IMG/VR virus record: IMGVR_UViG_3300009408_000003
Coordinates: 1 to 64,000 of that record
DNA from: a virus
DNA length: 64,000 nucleotides
Strand: one strand, 5' to 3'
Of this stretch, positions 9,153-17,977 are shown piece after piece. Made by a program: the position numbers and the translations under genes. The notes beneath the pieces are model-generated. The model ran no database searches. It was not told where the DNA came from and worked only from the letters and a program-made list of their open reading frames with translations. Position 1 is the first letter of the stretch. Every line of letters starts with the position of its first letter.

Positions 9153-9244
9153 TAAAAACGTTAAAAATATTTTATGTTTTTATTTTTACACCGTTACTAC
9201 TTATAATTATGGTAAAATTACCCAAACGTTAAAAATAAAGTCTA

Positions 9245-10591
9245 CTATATTTTAAATTCATATACAAAGTTACCAGTATTCCATATTCGGTAGTATCCCC
9301 TCTCTGTCATAATTTCATATTCAGTTTTATTTTTATCATATCCTTGTTCAACAAGTTTATGCTTTTGAAATTTATATCTATGATATTTTATATGACTTTT
9401 AACATAAAAATAACCAGGAAGAGTAAATTTTTTAAATTTAAAATTTAATTTTTCATACACATTACCAGTTGCCCAATCTCTATTTGCATATGATATTATA
9501 TAATTAGATTTATAATTTTTAATAAAATATTTAAATAATTTATTAGCTCCTCCTGTAATTTGGGTGTTTAATTTACTACACATTCTGACTAGCTCATATG
9601 AGTTTTCTTTATGATGCAATCCAGTAGCAATTCTCAATTTTCCAAATGTCATTACTTGTACCAATTCACCATCAAAAAATAATCCTAATCTTATATTGGA
9701 AACACTACTTCCTTGCAAATGATTATTATTTAAAAATAATTGTGCATCCTTATTTGATATCTCATTTACAACGCATTTACGTGCCATAATCTTATTAGTT
9801 ATCCCCCCAAGTTTACTAAGTAATATTGATTTTATAATATCTTTACGTTTTATCCAATCAAACATCCAAATATGTATTAAATGTATATGCTGAGCAGTAC
9901 ATTCTTTTGTTTTATTTAAATGATATGATTTTTTCTTAAATAAATCACTATGGAATCTATCTCCATTTAATTCAATTGCGAGGTGTAAATCTGGTAAATA
10001 AATATCTAATTCAAGTCCGCTTAAAATTTCTTTATCGCCAGTTAGGATTTTTCCATTATAATTATTTTTTATAAATTCTAATAAGTTTAATTCTTCTTTT
10101 GATACCCCATTATAAAAATACACTCCCTTTTTATCTTTTATTCTCTTTATAGCAGCTTTTCTCATTCTCATCCGAGTTTCCTTAGTTCGAGCCATACCAA
10201 TATGCATATATACATTATGCCCAGTTTTAAATCGTCTGAAATATGGATAATATCCAAGTACCTTAGTACGTTCACCACAACCACATTCACATACAGGAGG
10301 TACACCGTTAAAAATATATTTTAAAACATATTCTTTTTTCGTAAATCCATGAGTTTTCACATGGAATGACAAATGCCGGTCTGATGCACATTGTTTTTTA
10401 CATATTTTACATTCAAATTGCTGTTTTTTTCTTATTTCGTAATTTAGATATTTTTTGCGATATTCCCCATATTTTGAAATATAGGCATCTACCGTCATAT
10501 CATGTGTATGTTTAATATGTTCAGCAATTCCATTACTCTTTGTAATAAACCCGCATTTTTTACAAACCACTTTTGATAATTCTCGTTTCAT
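9245..10591 (-). CDS. Hef-like homing endonuclease: C2H2 fingers + CxCGC + Vsr/PD-(D/E)XK nuclease + GNAT/Mom-like C-terminal domain
   Basis: CKKC/CKIC fingers, CECGC, ELDIYLPDLHLAIELNGDRFHS and YELVRMCS...GGANKLF...SYANRDW. The likely start is MKRELSK at 10591; the longer ORF-track start runs through a terminator. Confidence 0.7.
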   Translation of the reverse strand: MKRELSKVVCKKCGFITKSNGIAEHIKHTHDMTVDAYISKYGEYRKKYLNYEIRKKQQFECKICKKQCASDRHLSFHVKTHGFTKKEYVLKYIFNGVPPVCECGCGERTKVLGYYPYFRRFKTGHNVYMHIGMARTKETRMRMRKAAIKRIKDKKGVYFYNGVSKEELNLLEFIKNNYNGKILTGDKEILSGLELDIYLPDLHLAIELNGDRFHSDLFKKKSYHLNKTKECTAQHIHLIHIWMFDWIKRKDIIKSILLSKLGGITNKIMARKCVVNEISNKDAQLFLNNNHLQGSSVSNIRLGLFFDGELVQVMTFGKLRIATGLHHKENSYELVRMCSKLNTQITGGANKLFKYFIKNYKSNYIISYANRDWATGNVYEKLNFKFKKFTLPGYFYVKSHIKYHRYKFQKHKLVEQGYDKNKTEYEIMTERGYYRIWNTGNFVYEFKI

Positions 10592-10639
10592 ATATTTACT
10601 AAAAAGTTCACTATACCTATATATATAATACTTTTGGTC

Positions 10640-10695
10640 AAACGTTAAAAATAAAGCATAAAAAAGGGAAGTAAAAACTTCCCTTTGTAAATATA
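10640..10695 (-). repeat. 56-bp direct repeat containing a terminator hairpin, copy 2
   Basis: Identical to 12695..12750; contains AAAGGGAAGT-AAAA-ACTTCCCTTT. Confidence 0.9.
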
Positions 10696-10706
10696 TAAGA
10701 TATATC

Positions 10707-12653
10707 TTAGATTTTTTTAACAATTACTTCATAGTTGTCTGATTTTCCTTTATTAAATGGCGATCTATTACTGTATATTTTACCTACTTCAATAAATTTA
10801 TCATCTAATCTATCTAAAATATTATTATTCATATTAATATATAAATTATCATAGTCTAATAGTTTGCTAATAAATGTTTCTTTCCAAATATCAAACGTAT
10901 CATATTCAAATTTATTATTATAGTTCTCTAAATCAAAATATGGTATAGAAGTAAATCCAAAATCATATGTTATTTTTTCATTAAAATCTTCAATTTTACA
11001 ATTATACAATTTAACATTAGTAAAATTTCCAAGCGTTAGTAATTTATTTAATTCATTAAATGCTTCTATATTAGGTTCTACCCCAATATATGTTCCATTT
11101 GGATATATAGATTTATATCCAAGCAATCTACCTCCGAAACCAGCACATGGATCAAAAACAACAGGAGATTGGGTATTCTTTAGATATTTTTTATAAATAG
11201 CGGCCGCTAACATTGGTTTAAAAAACGAAACTGAATATCGATTTACCGTTATTCCAGTTAATAATTGTTTTAAGCTAAAATCGAATGGATTATTATTAGC
11301 TGCGCCAATTCTATATTTAATAATACGAGTCATTATTCCATCATTATTCCAAGCATCTATTGGAGATAATGAATTTTTATATGATGCTGACCAATATGAT
11401 TTAAATATTGATTTTAAAAATGAAATACCTGTATTATAATATTTATTATTAAAATCGCTGTCATTGATATTAAGTTTATCCAAATTACTATGGTTTATAT
11501 GATGCATAATATCAGATATATTTTCATTATTAGTTATAATTGGAAATTCTGATTGTATGGTTCTGATAAATTTTAGTAATAATGGAATATATCGTTCTAA
11601 TTTCGCAAGTCCTTGCTTTTCTTTGTATTTTTTTAAATACTCTTTAGAAATTATTACATCGTTAAATTTAATATCGTAATTTGGAATATATGCATTTTTT
11701 TTAATACCATCGATATTAATATCATCGGGTAAATCTGAAACGTGTATTCTAATTAAATTATATTTTGATTTTTTTATTATCTCATTTTTTTGATAATCAT
11801 TGATTATTGATGAAATCTGAGTAAATGTTAAATTTGAAATATTGCTGGGATGGAAAAAATCACCATCTACTTCAATTATATTATTATCAATAATTATATC
11901 AAACTCTTTATTTTTATAAAAAAATTTATGTTGTGCATTAAGTTCTTCGCATACATACGTTTCTATTTTAGAAGTTTTTCCATTATATTTTTTTCTGAAA
12001 GCAGGTATCTGTAAATTTGTTTTAAACCCATATTTTTTTAAATTACTATTTGCTGTTTTTACCTTTACACTATTAAGCTTAGCTGGGTTTGTTACTCCAT
12101 ATTTTTTTAAATTATTTTTTTTAATAGTATCTTTCCCTTTTTTAGTGGATGTATATGCATTTGCGCCATATTTTTTCTGATTTGTATTTTTTATTTTATT
12201 AATAGTATTATCTGATTGTAAATGCCAAGCCAATTTTTTAATTTCATCGTTTTTCATTGGATTATCCACTCCATATTTTTTTAGATTTGTTTCTTTTATT
12301 GTTTTCTGTACTTCTTTTAATAAAAAAACATTATCTACACCGTATTTTTTTCGTATAGCTTTTTTTGTATTTTTCTTAATTAATGCTTTTGTTTTTTCTG
12401 AGTGGGGCTTTCTTGGGAAGTGGTTTTTGGTGTAATCTGACCATTGTAGGACATTTTTATAAAATTTAACCGTAACTGGTGTATTACATCCACATTTACA
12501 AGTCGGATGCATCCCATCAAAATATACATTAATTATATAATCATTAAATGAAATTAAATGCGTATTTAAAATATGTAAATTTCTATCTCTAGCTGTCAAA
12601 AATTCCTTTTTACATAATTGACAAATTAAAAAATCTTTTATTTCTCGTTTCAT
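10707..12653 (-). CDS. Homing-endonuclease-like nuclease fused to an amino-DNA-methyltransferase-like domain
   Basis: CQLC and CKCGC, KYGVDNP-type repeats, FDIIIDNNIIEVDGDFFH nuclease motif, VFDPCAGFGGRLLG (SAM binding) and FTSIPY (variant of the SPPY motif). Confidence 0.7.
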   Translation of the reverse strand: MKREIKDFLICQLCKKEFLTARDRNLHILNTHLISFNDYIINVYFDGMHPTCKCGCNTPVTVKFYKNVLQWSDYTKNHFPRKPHSEKTKALIKKNTKKAIRKKYGVDNVFLLKEVQKTIKETNLKKYGVDNPMKNDEIKKLAWHLQSDNTINKIKNTNQKKYGANAYTSTKKGKDTIKKNNLKKYGVTNPAKLNSVKVKTANSNLKKYGFKTNLQIPAFRKKYNGKTSKIETYVCEELNAQHKFFYKNKEFDIIIDNNIIEVDGDFFHPSNISNLTFTQISSIINDYQKNEIIKKSKYNLIRIHVSDLPDDINIDGIKKNAYIPNYDIKFNDVIISKEYLKKYKEKQGLAKLERYIPLLLKFIRTIQSEFPIITNNENISDIMHHINHSNLDKLNINDSDFNNKYYNTGISFLKSIFKSYWSASYKNSLSPIDAWNNDGIMTRIIKYRIGAANNNPFDFSLKQLLTGITVNRYSVSFFKPMLAAAIYKKYLKNTQSPVVFDPCAGFGGRLLGYKSIYPNGTYIGVEPNIEAFNELNKLLTLGNFTNVKLYNCKIEDFNEKITYDFGFTSIPYFDLENYNNKFEYDTFDIWKETFISKLLDYDNLYINMNNNILDRLDDKFIEVGKIYSNRSPFNKGKSDNYEVIVKKI

Positions 12654-12694
12654 AGTTTAATAGTTTCTTTTATATAAGTATTAAGAAACTATAA

Positions 12695-12750
12695 AAACGT
12701 TAAAAATAAAGCATAAAAAAGGGAAGTAAAAACTTCCCTTTGTAAATATA
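12695..12750 (-). terminator. Capsid-gene terminator / 56-bp direct repeat, copy 1
   Basis: Hairpin plus U-tract ~20 nt after the MCP stop; duplicated exactly at 10640..10695. Confidence 0.85.
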
Positions 12751-12770
12751 GTTAATAGTCTAGTATCTTA

Positions 12771-14375
12771 TTAAATAAGAGCTAAATCTTTTACATAAAT
12801 TTTACCATAAAATTCAGGTCTAACCAATTTCTTAGCATATCTCGTCATTACACCGCGTCTAGGAGTAAAATTTGTTGGATCATATACAAGTGGTGTCATA
12901 ATTAATGGTACATATGGTGCATAAACTGCACCACTTTCTAAGAAGTTAGTACCTTTAAATCCTAACAATATTTCATTAGATGTCATATATGGATTTTTAT
13001 ACACTTGGTATCTGTTACTCATAGATCCAATTTGAGTTACACCTGCTGCGAATGTTAATGCATCCTTATCAGCATTTACTGTAAATCCTGGGATTGATTC
13101 AAGGATTGTAGCTACATCAGGAGAACATACTACGAAATTAGCGCCACCCCTTAATGTTAATTGGTGAATCTTATTAGATACTTTATTTATTTTAATACCT
13201 AAAGTTTGATACCATGTATTTTTTTGGTATGCAAATGCTGCGTTAGCACCACTCCATAATCCAGAAGTTGGGTCATATTCTTCTCCAACAGTTGTTGACC
13301 AATAATCAACACTTAAAGCATTAGATTTAAGTAAATCAAGTATTTCTAAGTCAATTTCTAATGAAATATACTCAGATAACATTGATGTTAATTCAGCTTC
13401 TGCATCAATTGAATGATAAGCATTTAAATCTTGAGCCAATTCAGGTGTCCAAACGGCTTTTAATTTACGTGTTTTAGCAACAATTGGTTCAGATTTTAAT
13501 TCTAAATTAACTTCTGGGATACCTATATCAGTTGCTGGTTCTGTTGGTGTTTTATCTTCAAAATCACCTCTGTTAGAAGCAATTGGTTGTTGAGAATATT
13601 TAAATTCATAAGTACCAGCTCCTAATGCTGCTGTTTCTTTTACAAAGAACACAAAATCAGTTGCTGTTTTTTGTGAATGAGCAGGATAGAATGCGTCTGC
13701 TGCAACGAATGCAGAAGATGATACATAGAATGAACGTACCGCATCAACATCAGGTCTTGTGAACGCAGATTGTGCTATAGTTACTTTTTGAATACTTCCA
13801 GCTGCGATAGATGCAGATAATGATGCATCAAAACCTACTTCTGCCCATGATGCAGTTGCAAATGTTAATGAACCAGTTCCAACTCCTGATAATGTTTGAT
13901 CATTTATAGAGTATGCGAATCTACCTTCACCATATAAACCTTTTACGGCTGCGTCAGTTGATCCTAATTTAGTACTGTTACCACCAAATACTGATGTTCC
14001 AGCAAATGCAGGGTTACCTGCTTGGTTTGTGCCATATTTAAAATCAAGATAGAATATTAATCCTGATGGTAAGTTCATTGGTTGAACTGACACGAATTCT
14101 TTAGCTGCGATTTCTCCGAAGATACGTCTTACTAAAGGTAAAGCCACACCACTCCATTCTTCTGAACCTGCAGAAGTACCGGTAGCAGTTGCTTCATCAA
14201 GCAATTGTTTTGCTTGGTTTTCTAACAACACGGCTACTTGTCCTTGTTGTGTTTTTTCTAAACCTTCTAAAAGTCCAGTTTTTTCCCATTTTCCTTTTAA
14301 TCCACGAGTTTCCTCTAGCATTACGGCTTGTGGGTTCTTTCCTTCCATTAATTTAGATAAATCGAAATTTGCCAT
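12771..14375 (-). CDS. Major capsid protein (T4 gp23-like)
   Basis: LPLVRR, VSVQPMNLPSGLIFYLD, AKTRKLKAVWTPELAQDLNAYHSIDAEAEL, YAPYVPL and GVMTRYA. Confidence 0.95.
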   Translation of the reverse strand: MANFDLSKLMEGKNPQAVMLEETRGLKGKWEKTGLLEGLEKTQQGQVAVLLENQAKQLLDEATATGTSAGSEEWSGVALPLVRRIFGEIAAKEFVSVQPMNLPSGLIFYLDFKYGTNQAGNPAFAGTSVFGGNSTKLGSTDAAVKGLYGEGRFAYSINDQTLSGVGTGSLTFATASWAEVGFDASLSASIAAGSIQKVTIAQSAFTRPDVDAVRSFYVSSSAFVAADAFYPAHSQKTATDFVFFVKETAALGAGTYEFKYSQQPIASNRGDFEDKTPTEPATDIGIPEVNLELKSEPIVAKTRKLKAVWTPELAQDLNAYHSIDAEAELTSMLSEYISLEIDLEILDLLKSNALSVDYWSTTVGEEYDPTSGLWSGANAAFAYQKNTWYQTLGIKINKVSNKIHQLTLRGGANFVVCSPDVATILESIPGFTVNADKDALTFAAGVTQIGSMSNRYQVYKNPYMTSNEILLGFKGTNFLESGAVYAPYVPLIMTPLVYDPTNFTPRRGVMTRYAKKLVRPEFYGKIYVKDLALI

Positions 14376-14391
14376 TATTTTTTTTCCTTTG

Positions 14392-15612
14392 TTATTTAAT
14401 GTTAGCTAATTCTTTGAATCTGTCCGCCATAGTATTGCCTTCAGCAATAATTTCTTTTTTCGGTGCGGTACTTGGTACAGCATTCGATGCGAATGATTCA
14501 GTTATTTTTTTTCTTCGTTTAGCAGTACTACCACTTAATTTAAGTGATTCTGCTAATGTAGCGAATACAAGTTTTACTTCTCTCACGTTAATTGTTCTAT
14601 CTAATGTTTCAACCACTTTCATTTTTTGATTGTTGGTTAAATCATAAGAACGGAATAATTTGTTACTATAAAGTAATTTTGCGTTTAATAAGTTAACTTC
14701 ATTGATTGTTCCTTTTAATGAACGAATTGCATTATAAGCTTCTTTAAGTTCATTTTCTTTTTCGTCATTCCAAGGTTTATCGTTGTCATCTGTTTCATCA
14801 GAGCCTTTTTGACTATCATCATCATCGCCATATCCCATTTCTTTTAGGATTTCGTCAAGATCAATATCGTCATCATCATCTGTTTCATCAGTGTCTGCAG
14901 TTGAACTATCATCTTGTCCATCTGCTGCTGGTTCTTTGGTAACGGTGGTATTGACATCATAATCAGCATCAGTATCACCATCTGCATCTGTGTCATTATC
15001 ATTATCGTTATCATCATCAGTAGAATCTTCATTCATACTGTCATCATCATTATCATCTTCAGAGTCATCATCAAGTTCACCTTCTAATTCCGCGATAATA
15101 GATTCTAAATCTAAATCATCATCGGTAGGTGTATCTTCATCTGTATCTGAATCAGCATCCATGTCATCATCTTCTGTTACTGATGCTCCTGTTGGATCAT
15201 CGATTACACCGTCTCCGTAATAATCTTCTCCATCACCTTCTTTAACAACTGATGTGTTGCTATCTTCTGAACCTACTGGTTTAGAGATTTTTGTAGTTTC
15301 TGGGTCAAGTTTAGTATGAACGCCAGTTGGTTGTTCAACACTTGTACCAGGTGCTGCTCCGTCTTTACCTGCTCCTAATTTAGTAGAAGCACCTGTTGGT
15401 GCATCTTCAGCTCCATATTCCTCGTTTTGCATATCATCATCATCTTCCTCATCATCTCCTTCAATTTCTTGTTGAAGTTTTTGTGAAAGAATAGATTGTA
15501 AACGTGGAGTAAAAGCTTCTTCAAGAGCAATTTTAGCATTGGCGATTGCAGTTTCACGTACAGCCTTAGCATCAGCAATTGCTTCTTTTAACAATTTTGA
15601 ATTGTTTTTCAT
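14392..15612 (-). CDS. Prohead scaffolding/core protein (T4 gp22-like), very acidic
   Basis: Directly upstream of MCP; LLKEAIADAKAVRETAIANAK, a D/E-rich centre, EVNLLNAKLLY and a C-terminal RFKELANI. Confidence 0.8.
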   Translation of the reverse strand: MKNNSKLLKEAIADAKAVRETAIANAKIALEEAFTPRLQSILSQKLQQEIEGDDEEDDDDMQNEEYGAEDAPTGASTKLGAGKDGAAPGTSVEQPTGVHTKLDPETTKISKPVGSEDSNTSVVKEGDGEDYYGDGVIDDPTGASVTEDDDMDADSDTDEDTPTDDDLDLESIIAELEGELDDDSEDDNDDDSMNEDSTDDDNDNDNDTDADGDTDADYDVNTTVTKEPAADGQDDSSTADTDETDDDDDIDLDEILKEMGYGDDDDSQKGSDETDDNDKPWNDEKENELKEAYNAIRSLKGTINEVNLLNAKLLYSNKLFRSYDLTNNQKMKVVETLDRTINVREVKLVFATLAESLKLSGSTAKRRKKITESFASNAVPSTAPKKEIIAEGNTMADRFKELANIK

Positions 15613-15803
15613 TGTTAGTTTACCTTTTTGTTTGTTTCTGAAATTATTAGGAATTTCAATATGAAGTTAAATTGATTGTTCGCTAACCTCACATAGTACG
15701 TGGGTATTCATTAATCAACTAATTTAAATTAATCCAATATTACGTGGATTATACATAAATATACATTTTTAAAAGAAAAAGTATAAAAACGATAGTTTTT
15801 ATC

Positions 15804-15834
15804 AAAAAAAAGAGGATTATTGTATTAATCCTCT
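15804..15834 (-). terminator. Terminator after bS21
   Basis: AGAGGATTA-TTGTAT-TAATCCTCT hairpin with a U-tract on the minus strand. Confidence 0.7.
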
Positions 15835-16037
15835 AGTTTTTCTGTTATTATTCTTCTATTATTGGCTCTAATTGCCTGCTGCTTCTTTTTTCGTCTAGCA
15901 GTTGTTGGTTTTACATATGCTTGTCTATCACGTAATTCTTGGAGATGACCGGATTCTATAATACGTCTTTTAAAGATTTTAAGAGCCCTAACAATATCGC
16001 CATTTCTTACTTCTACTTTAATTTTTTCTTTACTCAT
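15825..16037 (-). CDS. rpsU: Phage-encoded ribosomal protein bS21
   Basis: KVEVRNGDIVRALKIFKR...ELRDRQAYVKPTTARRKKK matches the S21 pattern. Confidence 0.85.
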   Translation of the reverse strand: MSKEKIKVEVRNGDIVRALKIFKRRIIESGHLQELRDRQAYVKPTTARRKKKQQAIRANNRRIITEKLED

Positions 16038-16051
16038 TTTATTATTTTTAA

Positions 16052-17926
16052 TTATTTACTTAAAAGGTATAAAGCTTCTTCAGCTTCTTCTCTATTTTTA
16101 ATTTTTGAGTCTTTATACATATCTACTTTATAACCACGTAATGCATTTGATAACCATTTCATATATTTAGGATAACCAATTTTATCTTCTAGTTTTTCTA
16201 GTTCATCATAAAAGTTTCGTTCGTTTCCATTAACTTTTTTAAAAAAATGTTTAGCTAGTTTATATTCATCATTATGACTATTTATATATGTTGCATTAGA
16301 TACATCGTATTCACTTAATTTTTTAGGTTCAACTGATTCTTGTAGTCCACCTGCTATATTGCCTATTACAAAATCTGGATTAGATACATATTTTTTATTT
16401 ATCAATATAAATTTTTGTTTATCATCTTTTTTCTTTTTAAGTATAATATGAGGTGGTATATTATCCATCATTATAAAATCAGAGTTCCAACCTATTTTTT
16501 TAAAAATTGGACTTAAACCTATTAATTTTTTTTCCTTAGATACTATTTTTTTTATTTTATTAATATCATCTGGAGAAAAATTTTCAGTTATTGATTCATT
16601 TGTATTTTTTCTGTATTTTTTATATATATTATAGTATTTTTCTGCTTGTTTCGTAGCATCATTAACAAAATCTATATCTTCTATAATATCACCATCTATA
16701 TATTTTTTTGCTGATAAATCTAATTCTCTACTCCAAAGTTTAATAAAGTTTTCTAAATTGAATTTACTACGTATAACTTCATTATTAAGAAATTTCTTAA
16801 ATACACTTACACTAAATCCATTTTTAAATAAACTGTAAAATTTATTATCGGTTTTTCCGTCATCCATTGAATACAAACTTAGTGCGCCTTTAACATCGCG
16901 TGTATTTACTGTTTCAGTTATTGATTCATTTTGTTTTGTATATTTGTTAATAACATCTTTTGGTGTCATTAAAGCTGATGGTGGTATTTCTGTTATTGTG
17001 TGTGTTGGACTAGTTAATTTTTTCGCATTTACTAATTTATGTGCGCGTGCTAATTTTAATATTAACTCTATTCGTTGAGTATTTGATAATGGCGAATGTT
17101 TAGAATTCATTATATAATCATCAGAAGCCCATCCAGCGCCAGTTACAATATCATGTAGCATATTATTTACAATACTATCTTCTTTTATTGCTACATTCTC
17201 TTTAATAAATTTTTTAGTAAACAAATCTTTAAGATGTTTTAAAGTTAATTTATTTTTTGGTAATTGTGGAAATTCTTGATATGATTTCTTTACAAAAATT
17301 TTAAAACTTGGTGATTCTTGAGCAATTGTGACAAGTGTAGCTGTTACGGACTCTTTTAATATAGATTCAGTTACAACTGATTTAATATATTTAGTTGAAA
17401 TAACTTGGGTACTTGTTGGGTCTGTTCTAACTTTAAGTGGATTAAATGATTCTATTTTACCTTTAATAGTACGTCCATCTTTTAAAGTTATTTTAACAGT
17501 ATCGCCTTTTTTAGCATTAATTGTTTCGGTTTTCAGTCCTAATCGTTTTTTCATTTCGTTTTCGTTAATATCTCCCAACTTATAGTATCGTGATAATATG
17601 TGTCCCATATCTTCATATAATCCAGTTAATCGTTGATCAAGTTTTTTAGATTCAGTTACAACTGTATCAAATTGTCCGCCTAATTTTTTTAATTCACCCA
17701 TGTTTCGTTTAACTGTACGTCTATCAAACCAATCATCTGTTTCATTTATAGCTAATTCTTGAGCGGCTTCAATAATTCCACCAAGTGTTTCAGCAATCTC
17801 TGTAATATCTGATTTTCTATCTAATTGGTCTTGATATTTATTATAGGTAGATACTATTTCTAAAAAATGACGTTTTGTATCATTTGAAAATTGTTTTGGG
17901 GATTCTATGTTATTATTAGTATTCAT
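16052..17926 (-). CDS. Mosaic head-associated protein
   Basis: Helical N-domain (HFLEIVSTYNKY...LYEDMGHILSRYY) followed by several short modules bounded by ILKE/IKE/NESITE/LQES linkers. Confidence 0.7.
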   Translation of the reverse strand: MNTNNNIESPKQFSNDTKRHFLEIVSTYNKYQDQLDRKSDITEIAETLGGIIEAAQELAINETDDWFDRRTVKRNMGELKKLGGQFDTVVTESKKLDQRLTGLYEDMGHILSRYYKLGDINENEMKKRLGLKTETINAKKGDTVKITLKDGRTIKGKIESFNPLKVRTDPTSTQVISTKYIKSVVTESILKESVTATLVTIAQESPSFKIFVKKSYQEFPQLPKNKLTLKHLKDLFTKKFIKENVAIKEDSIVNNMLHDIVTGAGWASDDYIMNSKHSPLSNTQRIELILKLARAHKLVNAKKLTSPTHTITEIPPSALMTPKDVINKYTKQNESITETVNTRDVKGALSLYSMDDGKTDNKFYSLFKNGFSVSVFKKFLNNEVIRSKFNLENFIKLWSRELDLSAKKYIDGDIIEDIDFVNDATKQAEKYYNIYKKYRKNTNESITENFSPDDINKIKKIVSKEKKLIGLSPIFKKIGWNSDFIMMDNIPPHIILKKKKDDKQKFILINKKYVSNPDFVIGNIAGGLQESVEPKKLSEYDVSNATYINSHNDEYKLAKHFFKKVNGNERNFYDELEKLEDKIGYPKYMKWLSNALRGYKVDMYKDSKIKNREEAEEALYLLSK

Positions 17927-17977
17927 TATTAGTTTAAACTTATTTTATATATATATTATATTAAATTAAAACCCATT

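Noticed and set aside
10592-10723. 44-aa N-terminal extension of ORF 9245..10723
   Set aside because: It runs through the 56-bp terminator repeat, and the MKRE start at 10591 mirrors the paralog's start.
14800-15480. (TCA)n / GAT-rich quasi-repeats
   Set aside because: Explained by the Asp/Glu-rich centre of the scaffold protein.
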